Below are positions 25,008 to 39,555 of a stretch of 64,000 nucleotides of DNA, piece by piece. Positions within the stretch are counted from its first letter, which is position 1. Each line of letters starts with the position of its first letter. Under the pieces are notes generated by a model that did no database searches, had not been told where the DNA came from, and saw only the letters and a list, made by a program, of their open reading frames with translations. The DNA comes from Marsupella aquatica. Lineage: Eukaryota; Plantae; Marchantiophyta. The position numbers were made by a program, and so were the translations under genes. Location of the stretch: assembly GCA_973895155.1 (NCBI GenBank), contig OZ316893.1:11289660-11353659 (forward strand), read 5' to 3'.

Positions 25008-27442
25008 TCAGAAGAAGTCGAAGTGCAGACTGGCCTCATCCTTTGCATCTCCATTCATTTCATAGTATTTCTTGGGCTGATCGAGTGGCACGATTGCCAG
25101 CTTGGAAGGGGGTAGTAGGCCGTTCTCCTGCTTCGAGGGCGGGTTCTGGACCTGGGCGAGAGCCCTCGGAATTTGCGGAGGCAGAGTGCAGCGGATGAGC
25201 GCCCAGTTGATGCCCTCGAAGAAGGGATGCTGCTTCAGCTCTGTCGCTCCGCGATTGAAGCCCAGTCTCTTTTGTGGATCTTTCACCAGGAGGGCCCTGA
25301 CCAAGTCCTTGGCCCCCGAATCCACTTCTCGGTAATATGGATCTCCTCTCTCGGGGAACTCTAATGGCTGCGCAAGTACATTCACGAGAGTGACCTCGTT
25401 CTCAGCTCCCTTGAAGGGTGTCTTCCCGTACAGCAGCTCGAATAGGAAAATTCCGAAAGTCCACCAATCCACAGGCGATCCGTGCCCGTCACCAGCTATG
25501 ATCTCTGGTGCGAGGTACTCATGAGTACCTACGAAGGACATGGATCTCACTCCAGTGGGCTCCGCAACGAGCTCGGGAAGAGGGACCACTTGTTCGATGG
25601 GGCTCGTTCGATGGGATACAGATTTGATCAGCCCCGATTTCCATCTCGTGCTCGGAGCCTTGGCTACGACTTTCAGAGCGCTGAGATCAACAACGAGTCG
25701 AGACACACTGGGAGCGGGGCTCAACTTTGCTCTCCTGCTGCTGCTGGTGCGCGGTAGGCAGGAGGTCGAGCGGGCCATGCAGGCAAAGTTCCTCGTCGAC
25801 TCGTCCCGGCCCTTGAATTCTCCGCTAGGGCTGTGAGTGAGGAGAGTCGGGGACACAGAACACTTGAGAGAGAGGTCGAAGTCGGACAGCATGACATGGC
25901 CGTCTCCTCGAATAAGCACATTCTCGGGCTTCAGGTCGCGGTACACGACCCCCATCATGTGCAGGTACTCCAATGCCAGAAGGACTTCGGCAGCGTAAAA
26001 CCTGCTCGTGAGTTCCATCAATTCCAACAGCGAGCACGAAAATTAGAATTGAAGTAAAGCAAGTAAAAGCCGTAACGGATTCCCACGCATGCGAATCGAA
26101 AGTTTCACCGTACGATATAAACAACGCGCATTGTACAGTGCGAGGATTTCCTGCAAAAGCAGTGCCAAACATGATTGAATCCTACGCATCGAATCGCTTC
26201 ACTCCCACATTACATGCGAACGATAAACTCAAGAGATCAGACTCTGCCGAGAATTGCCCGTCGTGTCTACCAAGATGAGAACGCGAATCCGTTTACACGT
26301 CCTACCTCAGATAAGATACCACGTATCTTCAATGAAGATCACAGGGAGCAGAGCTCCTGAGTTTAAAATAATTATACAGTACGAACGAGAAAGCTACAGT
26401 TCTCGGGGCAATCTGTGGGCAACATAACTACAGCATGATTTGACAAAACTGCTGATTCAGTTGCCGGGGAATGCACCAGAGACTGGATCAGTGATTCTGT
26501 CTTGGCTGAATGGAACTACAGACATACATCGGGCGACTACAGAGTTCTCTTTCTGTTTTATGTCCTATACATAGTCGGCTCTTTTGGGCGTTTCATGTTC
26601 ACTGCAGTGAGAATAATCGAAATTAAAATTATGAAGGAATAGATGAGTAACTCTCTTCAGATGAATACGTCCTCGACAACAACAATTCCAATACATTAGG
26701 CCCCATTGTTAGATCCATGAGTAAGGCTCTACTATGGAGGTTTTGATAGGGTCAGCGCTCACCTTGCAGCCTTATCACTGAAGAATCTCCCGGTCTGTTT
26801 CTGCCTTAGAGTGTGTAGATCGCCGCCCGAGCAATACTCCATGACCAAGCATAAGAATTGAGGTGTCTCGAAGTGGGCGTATAGAGTAGGTAGAAAAGGA
26901 TGATCTAGAATGGACATGATGTCCCTCTCCGTCTCGGCCCGCAACTGCTTTCGTCGCGAAGCCAGCGTCCCCAAATCCATGACTTTCATCGCAAAACGAA
27001 ATTTGGTATCTCGAAGCTCTGCCAAGTAGACGCTTCCTATGTCTCCACATCCCAGCCTCTTGAGTAGCTTGAAATGGTTCAATCCCAATTCTCCGTCCCT
27101 CGCTCTAATTCTCTCAATAGCTTCCCATCCTGGGTCATTCGCTTTGTGTGGTTTGTGGAGCTGGGACAGACTGTTTGACTTGGTAAAGAGGTCGTCGAGA
27201 GTGATTCTTCCCTTGCGCTCACTGCGTCGTTTTTCTTGAGCTTGGACGGTGTCTGTGCCTACGGGGATTGTCAAGGCTCGCGATTCAGACAGCTTGCCGG
27301 ATTTACCTTCGCGCTTGACAGTTCCTGTGGTCGCTACTCCTTCCGGCTGTACTGCAGATCGTCGAGGATCCTTAAATGCCTCCCCTGAGCTATGGCGGGG
27401 GGTGATGAGGCCTGTGGCAGCATCCTTCTTCACTGCCACCAT
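25008..27442 (-). CDS. AGCVIII Ser/Thr kinase, D6PK/AGC1-like (557 aa, 2 exons)
   Basis: Exons 27442-26763 and 26001-25008 (phase-2 GT-AG intron). Motifs: [32 protein letters not shown] in place of DFG, an insertion between subdomains VII and [18 protein letters not shown] and C-terminal FDFF (PIF motif). Confidence 0.94.
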
Positions 27443-30400
27443 ATTCCTCAGCTCCTATATCACACTTCCTCTATCACCGATGTTATGGCTAAAACCACCT
27501 TAGCAAAACCTGAATTAAGTGACGGGCACCAAATTTCAGCACGCCGACGATCGAGGGTCCATGCCAGGAGAAAGATCAGTGAAATTCTCCCTCACGGGTT
27601 GGAGTTGGGAGAATCAATGTAGTAGAAGCGTATCTCCTGCTGTGACATTTCCGTGCTGCACAGCAAGTCCCAAGTTGTACGTCTTGTATCCCTTCGCCTC
27701 CGTCCTAACTTTCATCCGATCCGACCCAGGGGACACAATTTCAAATCCTAGAATCCACTGAATTGCTTGAATTCCTACCAACAGGCTACAGCATATTATC
27801 TGCCCAGAACATTATGGGATCCGATCGCCTTCTGTGCCGACGGAGCTTTGATATATCGTTGATTTCCGGAGCTTTCACTGAAATAGAGGTCAACCCCGTC
27901 AAGAGTCACAAGCAGAAATTCTGCATCTCACTGATCACCTGCGGATCTAGTCACCACGGATCTCTTCGATCGAACCAATTAAATAAAACGCCGAAAACAC
28001 ATCTACCACTGAAACCGCCTTGAGATATTCACAGCCGGACAGCTCGTCGAGTACAGAGACCACCTACTTCGAAATCAAACACTATAGAAGTTCACCGCAT
28101 TTGATTTTTCATAGCCTCGGAAATGTTTCCTAGAAAATTTGAACTACACAACAGGTGTTAGTGAGAGATGGATTTTCTGTCCGTGTAAGGTAGTAACTGT
28201 CTACTGATAGTTGTAGCTACCTAGCTGAATGGATTGCGTTGTCAAGAACCTTGGTTGAAAACGCGCTTTCTTGATAATGCTACAGCTTTGAAGGAGCACA
28301 CGTACGAGGGGAGTCAGATCCGTAGCCCACGGACCCTTCCCTCCCAACCCCGACGGACGAACTCAACTTGGCAGACCGGCTGCCCTGCGTAATGCTGAAC
28401 CAGAGGAACAAGGACGGTGACTTTCAAGGTCGATGGAGAAGAAACCACCCAGATGCAGACATAGAATAAACGCCAGACTACCGTGCAAAAAGGTATGCCT
28501 AAAAGTTGATTGTCACAAGCTCGAAGAGATGTATCAGTGACAGAGTGGAGTGCACGCACGCTGATGTCAACGTGCTTTGGAGAACTCAGTTGTGTGCCGG
28601 CTAGGCTCAATAGGGAACGACGTTCCCGATTGAGTATGTAACCCTCCCTCCTCTCAATAACATTTGCAGCAGCTGCTGCTGCTACAGTGGGAATGACTCA
28701 CAGGCTTCCTCGTCATGGTGGTGCCTTTTCTGCACGTCCAAAATTGGCACTTCAAATATAGTTCAAGCAGCACTTTCTAGCTCTCATTCATCCCTGAATA
28801 CACGCAGAAGCATAGTCCAAACCTTGCCTTCGTCGTCGCTTTGCCAAGCGTTCCCCTCGAAGAGACAGTCCAGCATACCTCGGCAGCCCCGCTGTTATCG
28901 GTGATGGGTGGCCCCACTGGTCGTCCCTCGTCGTCTGCTCGTGGCCTCTTGCTGTTTGACTGAGCCGCTCCAAGCAATCTCTTGTCCAGAAATAATGAAA
29001 TATCCTTCCTTACTGCAAGCCCAGTGTAACCCAACTGATGAGTTAGCTCCGTCGCTCTCGTATATTACTGAATTATTCGTTCGATCCCTTCCTACTCCAT
29101 GCGTCCATGCATTCCGCTGGACACGGCTACGGTACGTATGGGGCAGGCCAAATTTCCTTTTAACACACTCACTGATAGACCAGGATCATAGTATCCAATG
29201 TACACTACATCAAAGTCCAGCCTGCGCCTCCCACAGATGAATCATTCTCTCCCATGGGCTCTAGAAAACCCGGTTCCAATTTTGATCTCTTGCCTCAATC
29301 TACACTGCCCTGGCGACTACTTATTAAGGAAGCTACTTCCTTCTTACTTGTCAAGACTTCAGGAGGAAAAGCGGTGCCAATGCTCCATCGATTTCGTCAA
29401 CCGGTGAGAGCGAATCTCTATTCTTCTGATCAAGTTCTCGATCTCCCCGCGACCCACGCCGCCGTTGCCCTTGTTTGTTCCCCCTCTCTGAACTTACTCT
29501 TACCAATGATCATCAGAGCACACCACCGCGCGGACATTCTTCCTTTCTCGAGTCTGTCACCCAATGATTCACAAGGCCGCAGCGTGACAAATTGGGCATT
29601 GTCGGAGGAATCGAGTATATGGTAGGAATGTAGTCCGAGTTATCCAAGTTCACTGTACATCGTCACTGACCAGCTACACAGTTTGCTGTACCTGGCCCGT
29701 GGTTGTAATGATAATAATAATACACCGCGATCCTAATAATCACTACACTCTATATCTGTGTCGGTGGCTGGGGACGGTGTACTCCATGTGAATGACGAGC
29801 CGCCGAAGGAACTCAATTAGTAAGTTAGACCTAGGTAGGAGGAATGATAATCATGTGTCTACCATAACCATTGACAGCTGATCTGCCGACTGAAGTCACT
29901 AAACTACCGTTCCTGCATGGCTGCACGGAAGACGGAGCCAATGCCAAGAACTAGAAGTCATAGCTTTCGCCGGGGGAAGTATTTATTAATAATTTCCGGG
30001 TGGTGGTATTCCTTTTCATGCCCTCGGACGACAGTCGTAGCTGCTCAGCTCATACTCTACTTGCTTGACTGAAGACATTCACCTGCCCAATGTTTCATTG
30101 GCAGACTGACGGTGGGTGCAAATCTCAATCCTTATTCTTAGAGACGAGAGTTCATTTGAGGCTCTGAACACACGAAAGGCTGATAGAGGCCCAATGAAGC
30201 CCGATCAATCATCATCAGTCGGTGAAATTGATCGGTGACATTGATGACTTTGGCAGACTGATCTCATCACAGTGCGCACGGATCGACTCTGTCACCGGCA
30301 CTCGTACTCTTCGCGTGGATGCAAATATGCAATAATTAATCAACTCCCGAGCTCGGAGCTCCGATGTCCAGAATGCAATTGATTCGAGCAATCGAGAGAG

Positions 30401-30594
30401 ATCGTCAGATCGAGCAAGAAGAATGCCATTTATTGTTGTAGCTCCATTCGCGACCTGCTTCGCTGCCGGGAACCGGATTCACCGGCACAGCCTTGCGTCA
30501 GCTCCGGCTCGATCGACGTGAAGTGCGTGCTAATATATTCCCGCCGGTGGTCCATTGCTGTTTCCCGGTTGAACACCAAGTGGATAGAAAATTA

Positions 30595-31899
30595 CACCGT
30601 AACTAATCCGTATGTGAGTTACTACCAAAATTAGTGATAGTACATTAGTGTTACTTACACTAATTTTGGTAAAGTAGAAAGTAACACTACAGTAGTTTTT
30701 ATTGGTTTTTTCAAAATAAGGTAATGTAATTGTTTTCCACTATTGTTTAAAATGCTAATAAGAAATGGATGAGCTTGAGTCCCAACTAACACTACTTGTG
30801 TATTAATTTTTTCCATTAGTTTTTCACTCTAGATATCAGAGCATGCTTGCAGAATTTGTGTTATGATAAAAATAGTGAGTATCACTAATTTATGGAAGTA
30901 TATGCTTGATAGGCCCTTATGAAACTTTTGTTACAAACTAGGTCCCCTAGATGTTCTTCTAAAGTTCCTGTAAGGAGTTTTAACTTTATATTATCACCAA
31001 TAAGAGTTAGTGTAAAGTTTAGAGTGAGTCAAACAATGTCGAATCACAAACTACACCATTGGGGGAACCGCGGACTACTGGCAGCCGTCACACGAATAGG
31101 GATTGTCTAAGTGAAAAATTTTGTCTTTAGGTTGCTTCACTAAATCTATGCACAGGGTTTGCATGATATTTTGACGATTCTTTTTGTTCTTTTGTCTAAG
31201 TATGCAATGAATACTCTACTTTTGGCCATTGGTCCCTACTGCAATGTTTAAAAATTGTCCCAAGTGTGGAATGAAGACAGCATGGATGTTGTCTTGTCAC
31301 ATCTAGACCCCAAATTTGTCTAGGTTTGGAACCAATCAAGTATCTTTTACTCTTGGTTGTTTTCCCTTGTTGCAACTGTCAAAAATGGTCTAAGTGTGAA
31401 ACAAAGACACCATGGAGTCAATCATAACGAGAAATTTTGCTAGCCTGCAAGAACTAGACTAAATGTTGTCCGAACCCACTATCCTGTAACGGTTGATCCC
31501 TTAAAACTCCATAAGCATGTGAAGTCATAGTCCATTACGTCTTCAAGCATAGACGTGTGTGCAGTGGACTACGACGCAGCATATGATGGATTGCGGTGGA
31601 AAATATATAGTTGACCATGCATTTAAGCACCACATAAGAACCATGTGTACGTAACCTATGCAGGGGACCTAGTTGGTAACAACATTTTTGTGGGGGGCCT
31701 AGTTTGTAACAAAGGTTTAGTATGGGCCTGTCACATAAATTTGTTTTGGCAAGGGTCCCATCAAACATATACCCCCTAATTTATCCATAGGTAGAACCCA
31801 AAAATGTATGTTCTGTAATTAGTGTGAGTAACACTAATTAAATGTAATAGTATTGGTAGAGTACTCACACTAATTAAATGTAATAGTATTGGTAGAGTG
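30595..31899. mobile_element. Putative non-autonomous TIR element with CAC...GTG termini and TA flanks (host of nested MULE)
   Basis: ta|cac...gtg|ta boundaries, abrupt switch to AT-rich DNA at about 30590, repeated acactaatt/aattagtg motifs at both ends, and an internal palindrome at 30622-30672. Confidence 0.5.
30894..31775. mobile_element. Non-autonomous Mutator-like element
   Basis: Direct 9-bp flanks CTAATTTAT (30885-30893 and 31776-31784). G-starting imperfect TIRs: ggaagtatatgcttgatagg..ttgttacaaactaggtcccc versus ggggcctagtttgtaacaaa..cccatcaaacatatacccc. Confidence 0.8.
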
Positions 31900-32668
31900 T
31901 AGGCATGTCTTGGGCGGGGAGCTTGTATTAGTTTGCATGGCGGTCATGTTACCATAGCTTTACAGTTTAGAATTGCCAATCTTGCACTTATCGCATAGTC
32001 CAAACTCTTTATAAGTGTACATATTAAACAGCAGTATACCAAACGTGGAGCCAAAATAAATTTTAGAACATTAGAGTATCTGCACGAGGTCAGTTGGTGG
32101 GTGACAGGCTTGAACAAACTGGTTTCTTTTTCAATTAGCTTAGACCAAATATTCTGCCTAAGTGTATTGAAAATAATTATCATTTAATATGTGGCCTTTG
32201 GCTTCAATCTACAAAACCACATACCGTAATATGTGATCGAATGTCATGAATGGACTTTGATTGCGAATTAAGGTATAGAGAGTTAGGGTATGGTAGTTGT
32301 TGGAGAGTAACTGCTCATAAATTAATGTTCAATTGTTACAAAAGAAGCTATGGCCTTTGGGCAAGTGAGTGCACCCTGCCAAAGAAAACGTACTAGATGA
32401 TAAACTTTAGCTCACTTTAGATGGTGAACTAAAGTCAATAAAGTAGAGTACCTCTATCATGCCATAGAGTCCCTTGTCTGATGTAAAAAAAACATTCCAC
32501 AATGAATAAGCACCGGGGACCATGCAAGGCTCCCAAAAGTACTTATATTCCCTAGTGATGTCCGGTAAATTGTAATGTGCCTGGTTTCTATTTGGAGATA
32601 AATTGATATGCTAGCCAAGACCAAGACAAGTGAGATTCCCAACTTTTATCTCTCTTAGCTCTTAGATC

Positions 32669-35548
32669 ATGCACTTATTCCGTATCCAACACCTAAAAGT
32701 GAAGTTCCAGCCAGGTGGACAATGGCCGATCTTCTTTTTACTTCTCTTCGATCATATGTGTTTCCTGCCTCGGCTATTCCTGTCCTCCTCAGCACTTGCT
32801 CCCGTATTAACCTCTCTTCTGTCGCAGACCTATGGGACTGGGATTTGGGGATTTGGATTGACTTCTCTAGCAGAATTGCTCGCGCTCGGGGAGTTGGGAA
32901 TATAACAGTGCAATTTTTATCCAATTTCATTATGCTGCTCCAAAGCGGACCCCCGCCATCCCTTCATCGCACATTTGTTGAATCTCAATGGCACTGGAAG
33001 GGCCTTGTCGATCACCCCTACCCCCGTTCTCTCAATAGTAGTATTGCATACAAATTCATTGACAATTCCACTGCTGATCCCGGTTCCCTAAACACCAGAT
33101 GGGGAGTCTTGGATTCTGAAGTTGCCTGGCAGAGGAGATGGAGGAGGATCTGGCGCTCAGATTTATCTAATAGAGGGAAAATTTTCCTTTGGCGCGTTCT
33201 GGTTGCCGGATTGTTTACAGCGAAATGAGCTTTACAATGCGGGCATGGAGACGGCATGTGTCCATTCTGCAGGGACGTAGAGGAGGATAATAACCACATA
33301 TTTTTCCATTGCCCTCAGGCGATCATGGCATGGAATCGAATGGCCTGGTTCTACGAGCGGGTGCCGGCCCTCTCCCTCCTGCCTGGGGGATCCTCCTTTA
33401 TATCTCTGCTGGACTCTTCTCTGGGTCGCTCTCCCAGGCATTCGGCTCGGCTTTTTGTTGTGTTTGAATCCGTGTGGCTCCTGTGGAAAAATCGTAACGC
33501 CAAGGTGTTTCGGGGCCAATCTGTTATATTTTCCCCTTTTGCAGCTGCTTCTTCTGTTGCTCAGCACATCCTCGCGGTTGCGCTGTGTTCGGACTCTGAG
33601 GTCAAAAAGGCTCGGCTACATTATGCTCAGAAATATATCTCAAGTCCTTTGTGCAGCCGTTCTCTGAGACAGCATTTTTCCTCACCTTTAGACTCCTAAC
33701 CTCGTCTCTGCGCTTCTGCTCTCGGGGGTTGGGACGCAGGCTCCGTATGGCTTTCTTTCATCATGGCTCAACCCACAATTTCTTTTTCTATTCGTCTCCA
33801 TGGTTCTTTTCTCTCCCCATTTTGTCTCCTTCGCCTCCCTACGTTGTTCCCTATGTTGCGTTGATGGATACGTGGTCATTGATTTTGACATCATTACCAT
33901 TGTATTCACTCCCCTGGTTCGTAATATCCCCTCAATCACAGTTTTCCCTGATCCTGTTGTATCAAGTGCAGAATCCTAGTCCCCCTCCTCTCGCTACTTC
34001 CATTCCCCAATCCTGGCCTAGTGGCACCTCTCGGACTGCGTTCCTCCCATGACAAATATCATCAGCTCTTTGGTTGTTAGTATCATCTGAGGAGATCTCA
34101 CCAGTTGTCGTTCCCTCCCTCGATGCAGTCGGCTGTTTGAACAACGAGGTACTGAATCGGAGCGGCTCTTCTCTCTCCCCCTCTGCATTTCCGGGCCCCA
34201 TCTTGGGGACTCTCGCCTCGGCCACTCCAATGTCCTCCAACCTACCCATCTCATTCGGAATGGTAGGTGTGGTCATCCACGGATACTGGATTACCTCTCC
34301 AGCGGAACTGCATTCCACAAGATCATTCATTTCCAGGATGGCTCTCGGTGATTCGGCTGACACGTATAGTCTCTTCCTGTGCCTATACTGACTCTAACAC
34401 ATATTCGGATCTATGCCTCGGCCGAGTATCTGTTCTGATCTTTTGGGTTGGTCTCTTAGCATGTAGAAAAGCATCTCATAGCGCATACAAATTTTGGTAT
34501 CAGTATTCTCTAGCTGGACCGATCTGAATTTGTCTTCTTCGACCTTTCTGAGATCGCCATTATATGCATTTTCCAGGATGTGCTCGTTGGAACTGTCTCG
34601 GACCTACGCCGGCTCCTCTCTCCACTGACCCAATCTCGGCTGCATCTGGTCCTCCCGTAAATCTCATATTTGGCGGAGCTCCGAATCAGTCACCCGGATC
34701 TCCTGCCATATCATTGCAAGTGCAGTGGATGATCAGTGGAATGGATTCATCAATGTGCTTCTGCTTGGACTCATCTCCTCACTCTGTGATCTGACTTTCC
34801 TCGCAAAGCTACTTCTAACCGGTCTCATGAACCTCCTCAATCAGTATATATGTATGCCCAGCCAAGCTCTTCTCAGCATTAACAAGCTTCAAATTGAGAA
34901 CAATCCCCCTGATTCTTTTCTGATTCTCTTGGCATCCAGTGGGACCTAGGCATTCTCGCAGACATTGACGACTTTCATCTGCAATCGGGAGTTTGTTGCG
35001 GAGGTGCAGCAGGGATTGGGAGTGTCTCCCTTGCTCTTCTCTAACTATCAGAGGCTGTGAAGCCAGGCTGGATTCGTAGTGCGGACAGGCGGCATGATCT
35101 CAGCTCCTTTGGATGAGTTTCCTATATTGACTACAGTACGGGAGCAGACGCGTTATGGGATTCTTTGTTGGGTCCCGCGGGTTTCATTGACTGTTGGGGC
35201 CGTGATTCTGGGTCGGTGGGAGGCGGGGTCGGACTCGTCTGCGATGGTTCCGAGAGGCCGTCCCGGTCTTTGCTGCGTGTTTGACTGTTTCTGGGTTGCC
35301 AGCTGGGCACCACGGTCGATAGTAGATTGCTTTCGGATCTTGGGGGTTGCGCCCCTGGGTTGCCTCCTTCCTCTTCAGGCAACAGGATGTAGTGGTTTGG
35401 TCCTTTCCCTTCTCTGGGTGTGCCCCCTCTTTTGGCCCCCTTAATTGTTATTTTCTTCCTGCCCCCCTCTCCTGGGCGGTTTTTTTTGTTCCTGTATCTC
35501 CTTGGAATAAAGTTTCATGGGCTCGTCCAAAAAAAACAAAACAAAAAA
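32669..35548 (+). mobile_element. 5'-truncated L1-type LINE remnant (zf-RVT C-terminus, 3' region, poly-A)
   Basis: WRRIWRSDL..KIFLWRVL..GLFT*...CPFC..EEDNNHIFFHC..W...WLLWKNRN (32722-33699, premature TGA at 33226). AATAAA at about 35506 and A-rich tail at 35529-35548. Continuity of 33700-35200 with this element is uncertain. Confidence 0.75.
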
Positions 35549-36439
35549 GTGTAGACTACATGTCAAGGAAGATCCAAGCTCATTATTTTCTATGGGACAC
35601 TTGAATTCTTGTATGACATACTACTTACAGCAGGAGCAATGCAGTTAAGACATTCCATTTTGGACTTATATATCTAACATAAATAGTATATTACTCTTGA
35701 TGCAAACCCAAACGGAACAAAATCTTCTGGCAAAACAAGCCAAATATGTAATCAGGGAATAGCTTGATGGGGATCCAAAATCAAAGGGAATCCTTGACTT
35801 TGAAGGCTTTTGTTTCCAAACTCACTTGTTAGGGTTTTTGTCTCCAAACTGACCTTGTTTACAAGATATGGTGGGCCATCATGAGTCATGTTACTTTGTA
35901 ACTGTGTGTGTCATATATGGTCAGCTCAATAGATTTACTTAGAATACCATCTACTGTATTAAATTATTTTTTAAAAACCCTTATCTTATCAAAAACCTAT
36001 TCTATCGTTATTCTTAATTTGAGTTTTTTTAATCTATTTTACCTTAAGAAAACAGTAAACATTTTTGATTTTGTGTTAAAGACACCTTATTTTACCTCAT
36101 AAGTCTTATAAAACCTTGGTCAGAAGAGTATCAAGATAACTATTTTAGATTGCAAGTCATATATACATAAAAAATTGAAATTGACCCCCAAAGCTTTTGG
36201 AGCTTGCATGTGCACTTTTCTTTTAACATTTGTGGTTGTCCTCTTGAGGTCTTATGCTTTACTCCATTGTACTCTGTTTGGTCCTTTTTGGTGCTTTGGT
36301 TCTTTTCTGTTTTTCCCTAAGGTTACACTAATAGTTGCTACCTCTACATGTTGGGGAAATTTTACACTAATTATATGTACCTTTATTTCAAAGAAATGCC
36401 AAATAAGACCCACACTATTTGCACGAGTTAATTGTACAC

Positions 36440-37449
36440 ACTCTCTCACCCACGATGTTACCAAACTCAACAGAAGATGGGGCCAGACCAACACCTCTGA
36501 GAGCTGGAACCTGAGATGGAAGAAACTCTGGGGAGGGTGGGTTAGACCCAAAGTCAGGTTCCTCATCTGGAGACTACTTAATCACGGATTCTTCACCAAC
36601 GGGAGAGGCAGCCATTGGAAGGTGTGTGACGGGATTTGCACTAGATGTAAACTCAGCTTTGAACATACTGAACACCTGTTCTTCAGCTGCAACAAAGTGA
36701 ATGACAGATGGAAAGAGGTACAACAGCTTACTCGGGGATTCACTGCTTTTCCAATTCAACACAGCTCCTTGTTTGCGGCTATCAACTCTGCTATTATGGT
36801 GCAGAAGAGGAACCCGAGTCCAATCATTCTCATTACTGACCTGAGCAACAGCATTTAGCAGGAACTGAATGCGGCAACGTACTCCCATTTCCTGGGACGT
36901 CTCCCCGCTTGGGTGGTGCTGCGCTTCATGGAGAAACACTTGGAAGCCATGCTGGACATGAGCCATTCGACTAAAAAAATCAGACAGATTAGCATTGCCA
37001 TTGACCAGCTCAGGATGATTTTGCAACCTTGGGAGAAGACTGATACTTCCATTGCCCTTAACACGACTGATGATGAAGACAGAGAACCATGAACCTAGGT
37101 TTGCTCTGCTTCCGTTTGGTGTGAAGCACCACAACATCACGGGTAACTCAGGGAGAACTCACAGATGGGAGACTCCCTGCTGGACCCAACAGCAGACCTT
37201 TTCTAGAGGCCTTTGTATGGATAGTAAGATTAGAACTTCGTAGTATCATGCCTAGTTCGCAGCCCGGGCCCTAGATGCTGGATTCTGATCCCTCCGGGTG
37301 GAGTAACCAGTCCCCTTGGCCTGATTAGGGGCTTGGCTTTGTGTGGTTTGGGCCGTTTGTTGTCGTTGGCCGCGGCAGGTTGGCTCTGGGTGGCCTTTGT
37401 CCCCGGGGTTGCTGTTTTTTTGGGTGTTCCCCTTTGAAAAAAAACAAAG
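36440..37449 (+). mobile_element. 5'-truncated L1-type LINE remnant (zf-RVT)
   Basis: WKKLWGGW..KVRFLIWRLLNHGFFTN...CTRC...EHTEHLFFSC..W; A-rich tail at 37437-37449. Confidence 0.8.
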
Positions 37450-38324
37450 AGTCATTTTTTGGCATAAAACTTGAATAATGGTCCGACAAAGATTTTGGTG
37501 TCAACAAAGATTTCTGGATACAAGTGCATTTCTTCAGGATATTCTCAAGAGTGGAAGGCTCCAAAGGATCCATATAACTGGATTTTTATTGTCATTACCT
37601 TCATTGTGGATGATCTGTGTTCTGTGAGCCTCAATTTTATTTCAATACTTCCAGATTTCTAAGTTTTGATATAGCTTTGACCCTTCATGGAGAAGGATTC
37701 TCTAATTCTAAGGAACCTTCCCCAAAGGGTATTAAAAATCTTTTAAGACTATCTTATGTAGATAAATCACCAAAATTTTAGGCTACCAAACTTAAAGCTC
37801 TAATTAATCCATGGACCCCATGTTCATCCAAGGAAGAGAAGATCGATCTGGTTAAGATGATCTCTCTGGTTTATCAAACGGAAAGTTGAATGTGGAAAAA
37901 TTGAGTTTTTGGACGGTTTTCGCTTACACATTGGAGAAATCATGTTTCTACCATTCTTCATTGATCATTTGTGAGTTACGTTGAACATTGCCGTCACAAG
38001 ACAGACTGAAGGACAACACTCAATTGTTGGTGAAAGCGCGCTTGTCATTGCGGTGGGAAGAACACACAAAATGGACGAGGCATCACGTCACATGAAGGTT
38101 TTGTAGTTTTTTATTTAAGAAAGCTATGGTGTGAGGGGGAGGTTGCATTTGGCATCAACCTATGTTCAGAGTGAACTTCAATTGAAGATTGGAGGGACAC
38201 AAACAATTAAAACTGGGAAGCAAGCGTTGCGGACAAGCAATGAGGACGTAATCAAAGAAATCAATTTGCAGCTGCTAAGTTTGTGTCGATGATGAGATTG
38301 TGACATCTCTTAGTCGAGAAAGGG

Positions 38325-38795
38325 TTTCCAATGAGCCTTAGATTTACACATTTTGTCAAGTTCCAAATGAATTTTTGAATTCTCTGCCTTTCCAATGAGT
38401 GTGACAATAAGAATTTTGATCATGTTCATGAATTCTTTTAGCTTTCCAACATTGAGTTTGACATTGACAAATTTCATGTCAAATTTTGTTATTGTACTAA
38501 AGACATCATGAGGTTTTCCATTTCTCTAGCTTTCTAATGTGTGACATTGAGAGTACTTGTCAAGAATTAGAGAGATCATGAGTATCCTAATTTCTCTAGC
38601 TTTTCAATGAACCTAACATTGATAAATTTTGTCAAATACCCAGGAAACGACGAGCTTCTAATTTTACTCTAACTTTCCAATGAGTGTGACATTGAGAGAT
38701 TTTATCAAGATAATACTAAAGAGGTCACAAGTTTCTAAATCTTGATCTTGAGTTTTCCAATGAATCAAACATTGACAGGTTTCATCAAGTACTAA
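38325..38795. repeat. Degenerate minisatellite, about 60-85-bp unit x7
   Basis: Recurring gctttccaatgagtgtgacattga...tttgtcaag. Confidence 0.75.
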
Positions 38796-39555
38796 GGAGA
38801 TTGATTATTTAGTTTTACAATGTGGAGCCAAAGGGGTCTAACTATGTACATTTCTATTGATTGGTTTTTTCAAACTTGCAAATAATTATAGAATACAAGC
38901 ATTTTGATGTAAAACACTGATATATCATTGACAAACATCATATTGGTAACTTTATTTTACTAAATGACATCACTTCCTTTGTATTTTGGTTTTTTTACAC
39001 TTAATACTTATGGCATGGCGCCCCAAAAATTACATTGCTTTTGCCATGAATGCGTGCTTTTATTAGTGTCAAAAATATGATCTTTCATGTTTATGGCTGG
39101 TTGTGCTGATGTGGTGCAACCTAGTGGCAGAGAATTTGCAAGGGCCCTCTCATGGGGTCCATAAAGATCCCCCAAAAGAAAGTAAAATAGTTTTTTCTGC
39201 TAAAAAAGATTCTCACACTAAAAACAATAATTAGTTAAAGTTAGGACAAAAAACATTATGAACCACCCTCAAGCAAAGATAAATTTGCTGTGGGTGACTT
39301 GGTTCTTGAGCCCTCTCCTCAAAGCTCATGGCCTCACAATGTGTTGGCCCTGCTTTGATATATCCCCAAGTGTCATGTTCTGTTACATAATTGATTGTTT
39401 AGCTTCCGATAGATTATGAATCCTTTTCAAAAAAGTAGTGTGCCTTTCATATTTCTCTCAAAATAACTTTAGGTAGCAACAAGCAAGCCAGCAAGCAAGT
39501 CACTCAACACCATTGACTTAGGCAACAAAACTAGAGTAGTAGTTAAAGGGGAGTA

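Noticed and set aside
36175-36440. Hydrophobic N-terminus of the 227-aa ORF as a LINE-host fusion gene
   Set aside because: T-rich flank fortuitously in frame with the truncated LINE; non-ATG start.
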